Of a DNA stretch of 20,000 nucleotides, positions 8,674 to 17,407 are shown one piece after another. Source of the stretch: an uncultured virus (IMG/VR IMGVR_UViG_2788500181_000007) (lineage: Duplodnaviria > Heunggongvirae > Uroviricota > Caudoviricetes). The translations under genes were made by a program, and so were the position numbers. The stretch's first letter is position 1. Each line of letters starts with the position of its first letter. The notes beneath the pieces are model-generated. The model ran no database searches. It had not been told where the DNA came from and worked only from the letters and a program-made list of their open reading frames with translations. The stretch is taken from IMG/VR virus record IMGVR_UViG_2788500181_000007; one strand, 5' to 3'.

Positions 8674-8813
8674 TTCTGTGGTTTCGGTTCGTATGGGAAC
8701 ATTTTGTTAAGTCGTGCTTGTCGCTTTTTACATTTACCGCAGGGCTTGATCCCCACAGCTTTTGTTATCTTGGCAACAGTATCGCCTAGCCCTTTTGATT
8801 GTTCTTTGCTCAT
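8670..8813 (-). CDS. Small phage protein, 47 aa (GLGDTV...PCxxCxxRQxxLN family); not in ORF track
   Basis: Translates as MSKEQSKGLGDTVAKITKAVGIKPCGKCKKRQARLNKMFPYEPKPQK; fills the gap exactly with ATGA overlaps at both ends. Confidence 0.85.
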   Translation of the reverse strand: MSKEQSKGLGDTVAKITKAVGIKPCGKCKKRQARLNKMFPYEPKPQK

Positions 8814-10087
8814 GATGAGATAGCGGCCTCAGTAATTCCGTTAGGGTCGTCGCTGTCGTAGAAGGTGCTCCCGATCAAGAAACCGCATTCAATATCTTCG
8901 CTCCAAAGCCCTGCGCTCTGGCTCGGTGTGAGGCTGAGAATCCACGCACCAATCATTCCGTTAGCGTTTGGATCAAATGTTATAGTTACTGTACCGTCAG
9001 CCGATACATATGTGCAGTTTGGATGCCCCTGCCAGTTAAGTTCGATTTGTGTATAGATCGGCATTCCATTTACGGGATCCATACCATCCGGCTCAATGAG
9101 ATCGAGGTAGATGGTTTGTACGCCCGGATCGCAATCGCATTGCTCGGGTGGTGGATTACCTCCGCCCCCTCCGCTACAGCCGATGCTTTGAGTGGTCCAG
9201 GTTTCGGTGTTGGTAGATGACCAACCGGATTCGGCCGAGACCGAGAGCAAACGGCCACACTCAAAAACATAAGTTCTGGTTTTTTGGTAGCTTGTTTGTG
9301 TGTAGGTTGTGGTGGTTACATCTAAGGTGAAGTCGTGCGAGTGAGAACCCCCGTTATTTCCGTAGTGCTCGTCGGTCGAACAGCTCAAGCTACTAGACAC
9401 TCCTCCATCATCATCAAGCTCGGTCTTAGTGTCGGTGACAATAGTCACGCTACCTGAGTGGAAAGACTTGTCTTCAAGGTCGATCGATCTCTCATATATG
9501 GAAACTGGAGAAATGCTGTCTATCTCCCCGCAAGCATTTAGCTCGACGGCTCGGGTTTTGTAGAAAACCTTAAGTGTTGATGGGCAGTCATAATCCATAC
9601 CTAACGACACATCAACCACTGGATGGAATCTTACACACCTAGCATCGCCGAGGCTTACTTGCTGAGTACTGTTGTAAAAGTCGTCATACCCAAGGGAGCA
9701 GGGTGCGCAATCGAGATCCCAATACTTCTCTTCCTGTGGGCCAATCTTTTCAATCTCACCACAGCTGTTAATTGAGAATGCACGGAGTTTAGCGATCATT
9801 TCCAACGCACTGGATGGACGCCCGTCGTTTATTGAGACATTCTCAACCGACATTATGGATATACAGTTTGACTCGTTGTAGATGCTTGATCCCAGGCTTA
9901 CAGGATCGCCAGCGGTCCACCCAGATATAGATACCGGTTGATATACTGAACAGTATGCACACCCTCCGCCCGATATGGAAACGTTGGGCATCGTAGTGGA
10001 TGACCAGAAGTCAAAGGTTTTATCGACTGCTCGCTTGCCGCCCGTTGGTGCCGTATACTTTTCGGCTTTGTAGCTGGGGGTACTCAT
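8810..10087 (-). CDS. Cys-rich putative virion/tail-associated protein with three internal repeats
   Basis: 425 aa with 16 Cys; repeats K-x-R-x4/5-CG-x-I/L; ATGA-coupled on both sides in the structural operon. Confidence 0.6.
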   Translation of the reverse strand: MSTPSYKAEKYTAPTGGKRAVDKTFDFWSSTTMPNVSISGGGCAYCSVYQPVSISGWTAGDPVSLGSSIYNESNCISIMSVENVSINDGRPSSALEMIAKLRAFSINSCGEIEKIGPQEEKYWDLDCAPCSLGYDDFYNSTQQVSLGDARCVRFHPVVDVSLGMDYDCPSTLKVFYKTRAVELNACGEIDSISPVSIYERSIDLEDKSFHSGSVTIVTDTKTELDDDGGVSSSLSCSTDEHYGNNGGSHSHDFTLDVTTTTYTQTSYQKTRTYVFECGRLLSVSAESGWSSTNTETWTTQSIGCSGGGGGNPPPEQCDCDPGVQTIYLDLIEPDGMDPVNGMPIYTQIELNWQGHPNCTYVSADGTVTITFDPNANGMIGAWILSLTPSQSAGLWSEDIECGFLIGSTFYDSDDPNGITEAAISS

Positions 10088-10458
10088 TTAGGAGCCTCCT
10101 GTTGTTCATTCTTAGCAGGGTTGTCCGCCAAACGGTTCGCGTGAATAACGACCTCAAGGCCGTTATCGTCTTTACCTATAATAATATCACCGTCTTCCAG
10201 TTCGGCAGTATTCGGGTCGTTTATCCATGGCTGGAGACGAGCGACAAATGCGGAGATTGGATCTACACCCCACTCTAGTCCCGCGTACCAAGCGTCGGAA
10301 TCTAGCCAATGAACATTAGGTCGACGATCGTTTTGGTTCTTCATAACGTCCAGGCCCGCATTGTTGACATCTTCGGGTGCGGATATGCTCGACCATGTAG
10401 GACCTCCCGTAGGTGTGGGCTTGGGGACGGGCGCGAATTGAGAGGGTTCGTAACTCAT
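10084..10458 (-). CDS. Hypothetical protein, 124 aa (structural module)
   Basis: Translationally coupled (TAATG at 10458, ATGA at 10084-10087). Confidence 0.7.
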   Translation of the reverse strand: MSYEPSQFAPVPKPTPTGGPTWSSISAPEDVNNAGLDVMKNQNDRRPNVHWLDSDAWYAGLEWGVDPISAFVARLQPWINDPNTAELEDGDIIIGKDDNGLEVVIHANRLADNPAKNEQQEAPK

Positions 10459-13400
10459 TAAACGGACTGCGCTAGTTGCGTAAGGGTGTTTTTATATATC
10501 GTGCCGTTCTTACACTCCAATATGGGTGCCGAGGTGAACCCAAGTACGGCACCGACTTGGGGCATTGAATTATTTCCGCTTGTACTGACCTGGGCGTAGT
10601 CAACAGCTTTACCCTGGAACGAGGTCATCTGATTCGCGAAGCTAGCTCCCGAGTAGTACTCGTATATGGAATTTGGCCCTCCCCCCTCCTGATGAACAGG
10701 AGTTGCGTCGTCTACAAAACTTACATGCAGACTGACCTCGCAACTCGGGGGCGTGTAGGTAGAACTGCCCGCACTGTTGGTTGTTGAGTAGCTTATACCT
10801 ATGTTCACAGCAACCTCGCGAGTGTACCCTCTTTTTACAGTAATACCGTTGTCCCCTACTCCATATACCGTAGGCACGCCAAAGCTAGTTGAGCCTTCAA
10901 GGTTGTATGATAGTGGAGCTACCGCAGCTGTAACCGTGGTGTATCTTTGGATTCCGTATTGATCGATGGATTCATCTTCAGAAACAGTGAACCCAGGACC
11001 GTAGATGGGGGCGCCGAGGCTCTGCACCTTGGTTAATGTATATCCAGCTTTTTCCACCGTGGATCTGGCAATCTCTACAGAGTTGCCCGTGAAGTCGGGC
11101 TGGTAGGATACTGTTGTTTTCTTGTATATCCCAGGGGCAAGGTGGTCGTACGAAGCGTACAGCCCCGCTCCAGGATCGGCGGTACCTTGGCCTTCTTCTA
11201 CCGTTGTGGTGGTTATCTTCTTAACGTAGGCGGCACCCGGCATATAGGAGGCTTCTCCGAAAGTAGCGTCGGGTTCAACGTTGATCTCTTCGCCAATAAA
11301 ATGGTCGGAGTCGATGTACCTTTTTGACCCTCCGATTTCCCCCGTTGACCAATCGTTGTTGTCCAACGAACTAGTGGTCTCGATAATTAAACCGCTACTA
11401 ATTCTTTTGCTCTCATCCTCGGTGGTCGGGCTGTTTGGAACTTTTAACGAGTACGTAACCTTAGTGTATCCGCTCTCTTCCGAGGTAGATACGTCGACAG
11501 CGTTGGCTGGTGCGGAACCGCCCAACTGAACATAGGTTTGGGTCGTGAATAAAGCTGATTCTTTGGAGGCCACCAAAATCTGACCAGCACCCGATGCAAA
11601 TACCTTAGTAATTGCGGGGTAGATCTGATAACTGTGATTGCGCTCGGATATAAGGACCATCCCTGCCGGAGTATTGGCGGCGTCCCAAGTTGATCCTAGT
11701 TGGGTGCGGGTAAGTATCGTTAGTGCTCCGTTGTGCTTCTCATCTATTTTTTCGTCAACGACACCACTCAAGTGGGTGGTTACGGTTACAGAAACAATTT
11801 CGTAACCGTCCTTTTGGTCTACNTTTCTGGACAGTTCATTTGCCCCTAGTGCAGTGCCTAAAGTGGTCCCGTTTGGTTTTATGTGAACCTGCTCACTAAC
11901 TTCGGTAAGGCCGACCTTTTTGGTAGATTCTCCGATCAGACCGGTACCCCGCACAATCGTGACCCTGAAAATATCAAACTCGCCTTTAGTGTCTTCGGCT
12001 TCTGCGATTATTACGAAACTACCTAAGGCGGTATACGGGTCTCCTGAGGGGTAGACGAAATCTACAACNTTTTGTATAGAGGACGCCTGNCCGTATGACA
12101 CGGATTGGATGAGTTCAAGTTTATGACTACCCTCATCACCATGCTTGTAGGACACTTGAGCATCGACCACTCCGGTAGCATTGGAAACATCAACCCCCCG
12201 AATGGTGTGTAGGTCATAACCATCCTTTTTATCCACGCCCGCAAAGGTCTGTCTCGTAAAGTTCGGAATCGCACTTGTAGGAACTGCGCCACCCTCCGCA
12301 GTTAAATACTGTATGGTTTTGACTTCGACCGTATTGGGAGGCTTGCCTTTGACTTCACTTTTATCGGAGATCAAACCATTCCCGCGAACGAGGGTGTTTT
12401 TGAAGACATCAAACTCACCTTTTGTGTCTTCTGACTCCGAAATTATGACAAAGTTACCAAGTGAGGTATNAGGATCTCCACTGGGGTATACAAAATCGAT
12501 AACGTTTTGAATAGTGGCCGCTTGCCCATACGAAATCGACTGGATAATTTCCAGTTTATGGCTACCTTCATGCCCGTGCTTGTAGGCGACTTGCGCATCT
12601 ACTATGCCCGTAGCGTTAGAAACATCAACTCCTCGGATAGTGTGTAGTTCGTACCCGTCCTTCTCCTCGATACTTCTAAAGGTTTCGCGTGTGAAGTTGG
12701 GGATTGCGCTTGTGGGAACTGTTCCGTTTTCCCCAGTCAAGAATTGGACGGTTTTTACTTCGACGGTGTTAGGTGGCTTGCCTTTAACTTCGCTCTTCTC
12801 GGAAATTTTCCCGTATCCTTTGGCATACTTAACGGTGTATATCGTTTTGCCTATTTGCCCGTAGTCAGAATTACCGGGGCCTTCACTGCTCTCGATCTCA
12901 AACCAAGGCCCTGTGCCCGGACCTTCGCTACTGGGAGGGAGTGCAGGCTTAGCAACCCCGCGCAGAGTGCGAACCTCTAACTTGTGATTAGGGTTCTGTC
13001 CGTAGCGGTAGTCGACTTTTGCAGAGAGTACACCGTCTTCATAGTACACTTCGATAAATTCGGTATACACTTCGGTAGCTTTGGACTGCACCTGACCCAG
13101 GATACACTCCGCACCATTAGCCGTTCCGTCGTCAACTGTAATAGAATCTACGCCCACTCTACCACTTGCGTAATGGGCGACATAGGGGTTTTTTACGATA
13201 AAAGTCCTTTTGACACTTACCCGATCTTCCCCGCTTACGGCAATTACGTCCCCTCCAATTTGCACGGGGTCGCTACTTGCATCTAGCTCTTGGTATACCC
13301 GGGTGAGTTTAAACTCGTTAACCGTTTGCCCGGGTTCAACTTGTTGTGCGACTAGGTACGCACCGGTTGTTTGAGTTCCTAAATCCTTTAAATCCTGCTG

Positions 13401-13571
13401 CGTAGTAGCGTCGTATTCTACGTCAGGAGTACCGAAGGGTAAGAAGACTTCCGCTTCGATCGTGCTCTTATCGGATGCGTCCCCNTGGCCTACGTAAGTT
13501 CGAGTAATCTTCCGAAGCCCGTTCGGATCCCGCTCGATTTTGGGTCGACCCGTTATCCTTAACTTGCTCAT
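10458..13571 (-). CDS. Large beta-rich putative virion protein (1037 aa) with a tandem 145-aa duplication
   Basis: Long ORF rich in Thr/Ser/Gly/Val, directly downstream of the adaptor-like gene. The function is inferred from context only. Confidence 0.65.
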   Translation of the reverse strand: MSKLRITGRPKIERDPNGLRKITRTYVGXGDASDKSTIEAEVFLPFGTPDVEYDATTQQDLKDLGTQTTGAYLVAQQVEPGQTVNEFKLTRVYQELDASSDPVQIGGDVIAVSGEDRVSVKRTFIVKNPYVAHYASGRVGVDSITVDDGTANGAECILGQVQSKATEVYTEFIEVYYEDGVLSAKVDYRYGQNPNHKLEVRTLRGVAKPALPPSSEGPGTGPWFEIESSEGPGNSDYGQIGKTIYTVKYAKGYGKISEKSEVKGKPPNTVEVKTVQFLTGENGTVPTSAIPNFTRETFRSIEEKDGYELHTIRGVDVSNATGIVDAQVAYKHGHEGSHKLEIIQSISYGQAATIQNVIDFVYPSGDPXTSLGNFVIISESEDTKGEFDVFKNTLVRGNGLISDKSEVKGKPPNTVEVKTIQYLTAEGGAVPTSAIPNFTRQTFAGVDKKDGYDLHTIRGVDVSNATGVVDAQVSYKHGDEGSHKLELIQSVSYXQASSIQXVVDFVYPSGDPYTALGSFVIIAEAEDTKGEFDIFRVTIVRGTGLIGESTKKVGLTEVSEQVHIKPNGTTLGTALGANELSRXVDQKDGYEIVSVTVTTHLSGVVDEKIDEKHNGALTILTRTQLGSTWDAANTPAGMVLISERNHSYQIYPAITKVFASGAGQILVASKESALFTTQTYVQLGGSAPANAVDVSTSEESGYTKVTYSLKVPNSPTTEDESKRISSGLIIETTSSLDNNDWSTGEIGGSKRYIDSDHFIGEEINVEPDATFGEASYMPGAAYVKKITTTTVEEGQGTADPGAGLYASYDHLAPGIYKKTTVSYQPDFTGNSVEIARSTVEKAGYTLTKVQSLGAPIYGPGFTVSEDESIDQYGIQRYTTVTAAVAPLSYNLEGSTSFGVPTVYGVGDNGITVKRGYTREVAVNIGISYSTTNSAGSSTYTPPSCEVSLHVSFVDDATPVHQEGGGPNSIYEYYSGASFANQMTSFQGKAVDYAQVSTSGNNSMPQVGAVLGFTSAPILECKNGTIYKNTLTQLAQSV
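11952..12821 (-). repeat. Tandem intragenic duplication, 2 x 435 bp (145 aa)
   Basis: KSEVKGKPPNTVEVKT...HTIRGVDVSNATG...DFVYPSGDP...EDTKGEFD occurs twice. Matching DNA GGCTTGCCTTT at 12775 and 12340 gives a 435-nt offset. Confidence 0.95.
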
Positions 13572-13574
13572 AGA

Positions 13575-14324
13575 TTACCAGCCTCCTCGTTTGACCATCC
13601 TAAGAGAACCCCTTTGCTTTTGCGCGGAGGCAAGGGTAGATAACCTTCTCCTGGCAGACTCGGCAGCCCGAACCAGAAGTTCTTTGTTTTGGCCATTGTA
13701 TCTCGGGTCGGATAAAAGTTTCTCCTGCGCGATAGGGAAGAGGATGTCCCAGACAACTTCGCCCGGTAGTCGAGGCTCGTCCGTGTCCGCAGATAACTCC
13801 GACGGTATGATGTTCGCGCGAATATTAACTGTATATTCCTTATCTGGAATGGGGTATACGAATAGCCTAGGATCGACAGCTGTATCGGTTCCGCTGTCTG
13901 AGGTATCTACATAATACCACAAAGGAGTTCCATTTTCCTTGTCTTCCATATGGAAAGTTGGGAACCCTAAACCCTTATATCCAGGCGCTTTAAAATCTGC
14001 CGAGTGGTGGGCTCTCTGCCTTAACTCGTCTTCCGGACCAGCCATAGGGCTCAAAGGGCCCACTCCGACTAATTCCGGAATTTTGTCTACATCTATTACT
14101 TCGGGCCCCAGCGGTCTGGATTGGACTCCCTTTGCGAAGGTAAGTGTAAACTGTTTTGTCGCCCATTGCGGGCGTCTTCCGTCGATCGGAGTGTAGCATT
14201 CTCGATAGGCTTGGTTGACGTATATGCCTATGCGAGCTTGGTCTACAGGTGGAAGGTCTGCAACTCCGTCAGCTCCGAGCATTGTCGAGAGCTGATTCTT
14301 GATATCTAAGTAGTCAGCGGCCAT
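13575..14324 (-). CDS. Head-tail adaptor / tail tubular protein A-like protein
   Basis: 249 aa. N-terminal helices (YVNQAYREC), G-x-P-x-W-Y-Y, LFVYPIPDKEYTV and L..DTDEPRLP match the phage adaptor pattern. It is located two genes after the capsid gene. Confidence 0.7.
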   Translation of the reverse strand: MAADYLDIKNQLSTMLGADGVADLPPVDQARIGIYVNQAYRECYTPIDGRRPQWATKQFTLTFAKGVQSRPLGPEVIDVDKIPELVGVGPLSPMAGPEDELRQRAHHSADFKAPGYKGLGFPTFHMEDKENGTPLWYYVDTSDSGTDTAVDPRLFVYPIPDKEYTVNIRANIIPSELSADTDEPRLPGEVVWDILFPIAQEKLLSDPRYNGQNKELLVRAAESARRRLSTLASAQKQRGSLRMVKRGGW

Positions 14325-14366
14325 ACCCTTAAGCTAACCTAGTAAGGGCCAAAGGCCTACCGGTTG
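14325..14366 (-). promoter_or_regulatory. Putative leaderless late promoter CAACCGGT-N22-TAGCTT-N6-ATG
   Basis: Same motif and identical spacing as upstream of the scaffold gene (17353-17394). Confidence 0.65.
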
Positions 14367-14368
14367 CG

Positions 14369-14683
14369 TCAGACAACCTCAGCTACTTCTTTTTTACTCT
14401 TAGATGACCGCCTTTTTTTAGGGGCTGGCGCTTCTTCCTCCTCAGGAATATCGACCTCTTCAGCAGCGACCTCTTCTAACCATACGGAAAAGTAGAGGTG
14501 TTTGTACATCTTACCTTGAGTACGGAAGATGTCATCACATTCTTTTTGGGACTGCGGGAGGTAGGCGTAGTGCCTAATTTCCGGATCCCAAAGAAAGTTG
14601 TATGCCATACGGGATACGCCTTTTACACGAATATTTGGGGTGGTCCCCATTTGGTCTCTTTTTCCTAGTATGATTATTTTCAT
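14369..14683 (-). CDS. Hypothetical protein, 104 aa, acidic then basic low-complexity C-terminus
   Basis: ORF fills the gap between the capsid terminator and the adaptor promoter. Confidence 0.75.
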   Translation of the reverse strand: MKIIILGKRDQMGTTPNIRVKGVSRMAYNFLWDPEIRHYAYLPQSQKECDDIFRTQGKMYKHLYFSVWLEEVAAEEVDIPEEEEAPAPKKRRSSKSKKEVAEVV

Positions 14684-14690
14684 GGTATTT

Positions 14691-14735
14691 AAAAAAGCTA
14701 AGACCCCTCCCCTGATGCCAAGGGAGGGGCCTAGC
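14691..14735 (-). terminator. Rho-independent terminator after the major capsid gene
   Basis: Minus strand GCTAGGCCCCTCCCT-loop-GGGAGGGGTCTTAGC followed by TTTTTT. Confidence 0.85.
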
Positions 14736-14772
14736 GGATCAGTGCCGAAGCACTGGTGTGGTGGATGGGAAT

Positions 14773-16269
14773 TTAGTTAGCAAACGTAAATCCAGGTACT
14801 TGACGTACAACTTCTACCATCTGAAGACCGGGGATGCGGCCACGAGTGTCGTTGCGAGTAGCCATTCCGTAAACGGATTGGATACCAACAGCGCTCAAGT
14901 GAGCTTCATTTCCGGAGTTGGCGAAATCGTCGTAGTGGAAGATTTGCTCGCCGAACACACTGCCCTTAGCGTAGTAGAGCGCATTGCGACCCATGGACAA
15001 CGCGTATCCAAGAGGTGTACCGATCGCGTTGGCCTGTACGAATACAGAACCGGCTGCGAAGGTATCGTTGCTTTTTTGCGTACCTGCGGTGAAAGCACCG
15101 GAGAGGTCTACGTGGGTTGGGCTTGTGATTTGGTGCATCGAGTTCGAGAAGGACGACTCTGTGTAGCTGTACAAGCGGAACTCGCCATTCGGATCGATTC
15201 CGAGGATGAAGAACGTGCCGGTTTCAGCAGCAGCGTCTACTCCTCCACCGCCGGGAACCCGGACAGTTGAACCGAGGAAGTTAGCCATGTAGTCACCGTC
15301 GTCAGTAGCGTCTCCGATGAAGGCGGCAGCGTCTATTGTGCTGAAGTTGGTGAATGTAGGCAACAACGGAGAACCTTGGCGTCCACGAGCGGAGTCGAGA
15401 ATGACGTTGTGGTTAGCGATGATGTTGTTGTCCCACTTAGCGTAACTACCGGTGTAGAGCTTGTTGCTGTCGGAGCGAACGTCGGCTTGCGTGATGGCCT
15501 CGAGGTAATCGGGGTCGGAACGCAAAGGACGGAGACATGCGTCAGGAGCGAAGAACAAGTAACCAGGGATTTCCTGATTGAGATCTCCACCCGTGTTCAT
15601 GGGCTCGCCGCCAAGAGCAATAAGAGCTTGCTTAGCTTCTTGAATGATGTCGGTTGACAGACCTTCGGAGTACTTGATAGCACCACCGGAACCGGTTCCG
15701 TATTCCTTGATAAGGTTACGACCGTTAGCGGGGTTCAAGCAAGTTTGACGAAGAACGAACTGGAGGTGGTCCTGCTCGGTGCGGGCCATCCATTCGGTCA
15801 TGACCTCAGCAGAAAGCTGGTCGATGGTCTTGCCAGTGAAGCGCATCAGCTTAAGGACTTGGGTCCAGGAGACAGCGTGACGAACGAGATCGATCTCTAC
15901 CGCGAAGGTGTTGAAGTCGAGGTTGTCGGTGCTGTTCTTGAGGACTTCTTCCCCACGAACGCCTTGCCCACGGATAGGAGCAACGGTCGTGAAGATAACC
16001 CGATCGGAACCGCCGGCCTTGAGGTCGCGCTTCTCGGTTATGGGTTTGTCACTTCCTTCTCCGCCGATGAACTTTGCGAATACGTTTTTTTCCCGGGCGT
16101 CTCTCGTTACGAGTTCGGACCAGACTTTAGAACGCAATTCGCTCGATCCGTCTCCGTTAAGGAGGTCGGCGTACGAGGAGATGCGAGGACGAATTAGATC
16201 AACATTTTGAGCACCTGCGGTACTGGGATCTAAAGGACCAGGAGCAGATGGGAATTGTTTTTCAGCCAT
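14773..16269 (-). CDS. Major capsid protein (N4-gp56 / DUF4043-like, HK97 fold)
   Basis: DLKAGGSDRVIFT...GQGVRGEEVLKN...FAVEIDLVRHAV matches the family signature. It follows a scaffold-like gene and is followed by a strong terminator. Confidence 0.85.
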   Translation of the reverse strand: MAEKQFPSAPGPLDPSTAGAQNVDLIRPRISSYADLLNGDGSSELRSKVWSELVTRDAREKNVFAKFIGGEGSDKPITEKRDLKAGGSDRVIFTTVAPIRGQGVRGEEVLKNSTDNLDFNTFAVEIDLVRHAVSWTQVLKLMRFTGKTIDQLSAEVMTEWMARTEQDHLQFVLRQTCLNPANGRNLIKEYGTGSGGAIKYSEGLSTDIIQEAKQALIALGGEPMNTGGDLNQEIPGYLFFAPDACLRPLRSDPDYLEAITQADVRSDSNKLYTGSYAKWDNNIIANHNVILDSARGRQGSPLLPTFTNFSTIDAAAFIGDATDDGDYMANFLGSTVRVPGGGGVDAAAETGTFFILGIDPNGEFRLYSYTESSFSNSMHQITSPTHVDLSGAFTAGTQKSNDTFAAGSVFVQANAIGTPLGYALSMGRNALYYAKGSVFGEQIFHYDDFANSGNEAHLSAVGIQSVYGMATRNDTRGRIPGLQMVEVVRQVPGFTFAN

Positions 16270-16320
16270 TGTAAGTATGAGTTATATAGATATAGGATTG
16301 TTGAAATCCCCAATAACACA

Positions 16321-17352
16321 TTATCGATTTGGCGTGGCTCCTCCCGGAGCACCGAGTAATTTATACAAATCATCGGAGGAAAGCTGTGGAAGTGCCTGCG
16401 CCACACCGTCCTGTGTCATAGGGGTGCTAGCAGGTTGTGCCGTAGTCCCGGTGGTCAAAACCTTGGCCTGGGTTCCCATTGCAGGAGCTTGCTGAGGTGG
16501 TGGCGTAGGAGCAACTTGTTGCGGAGTTTCCGCAGGTTGCTGCTGTGCCGCTGCCTGAGCTTGCATCTGAATAGCGAACTCGCTGGCCATGATCTCGGGC
16601 CACAATGGTGACTCGAACACGGCTTGGTAGTCGGGATTTTGTGAAGAGGTCCGGACATACTCGTCAAACTGCTTCCGTTCAAGAGAGCTCTTGTCTTGAA
16701 GCATCGGGAATCTCTGATACACGCGATCTCGACTGCCTACCGCCTTCTCCTGATGGGCGTGGTAAGCTCGCTCCTGTGCGGATTCTTGCTCTCTTTCTCT
16801 TCGGGAGGTTAGTTGCTGAAGCTCGAGTTCCTTTCGCATTGCTTGGCGCTGAAGAGTCAACGCTTCGGATGTTTCAAGGTCGTCGGCGGCTTTTTGAACT
16901 TTCTCCTCGATTTCAGAGATTTCCGCTTGGATTGCGCTTACCTGCTCGTCATAGGGATCGGGCTGTGGAGCCTCGGCTTCCTGCGGCGGTAATGGTTGTG
17001 CTTCCGGGGCTTGCTGACCGAAGATTACACGTGTGGCGTCGGCAAAGGTACCGCTAAAACCATTGGAACGATACAAATCGATCACTTGCTGGTCTAGTTC
17101 GGATCTAGGCCTAATCCTACGCTTGGCCAATCGGTCGGCCTCGCTTTCAGCTTCTTGCGGTGTTTCCACCTGCTCAGGAGCTGCGGGAGCTTCTTCGGAG
17201 GTTGCTACCTCCGGCTCGGGCTCAGCTTCTTTCGAAGTCGGCTCGGTTAAACCTAATGCTTCTCGAAGTTCCTCGGTTGAGGCTTCGGCGACGTTAGGCT
17301 CTTCTACGGGTTCGGTTTGCGGGGATTCAACCTCCGCGGCTTGACTTTCCAT
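16321..17352 (-). CDS. Capsid scaffolding protein (putative)
   Basis: 343 aa, very acidic and E/Q/A/P-rich, with a central coiled coil; immediately upstream of the capsid gene. Confidence 0.75.
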   Translation of the reverse strand: MESQAAEVESPQTEPVEEPNVAEASTEELREALGLTEPTSKEAEPEPEVATSEEAPAAPEQVETPQEAESEADRLAKRRIRPRSELDQQVIDLYRSNGFSGTFADATRVIFGQQAPEAQPLPPQEAEAPQPDPYDEQVSAIQAEISEIEEKVQKAADDLETSEALTLQRQAMRKELELQQLTSRREREQESAQERAYHAHQEKAVGSRDRVYQRFPMLQDKSSLERKQFDEYVRTSSQNPDYQAVFESPLWPEIMASEFAIQMQAQAAAQQQPAETPQQVAPTPPPQQAPAMGTQAKVLTTGTTAQPASTPMTQDGVAQALPQLSSDDLYKLLGAPGGATPNR

Positions 17353-17394
17353 GAGCCGACATTACCGCATTAGAAAAGTTTTTGTAACCGGTTG
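17353..17394 (-). promoter_or_regulatory. Putative leaderless late promoter CAACCGGT-N22-TAATGT-N6-ATG
   Basis: CAACCGGT at 17394-17387, TAATGT at 17364-17359, ATG at 17352; twin of 14325-14366. Confidence 0.65.
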
Positions 17395-17407
17395 TGAAAT
17401 AAAAATA

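Noticed and set aside
9933..13369. Additional ACCGGTTG copies at 9933 and 13362
   Set aside because: Inside coding sequence and not followed by an ATG at the 35-nt spacing; treated as chance matches.
14758..16210. Long + strand ORFs (170, 150, 100, 93 aa) antisense to the capsid gene
   Set aside because: Shadow ORFs produced by the biased codon usage of a highly expressed gene; no recognisable motifs.
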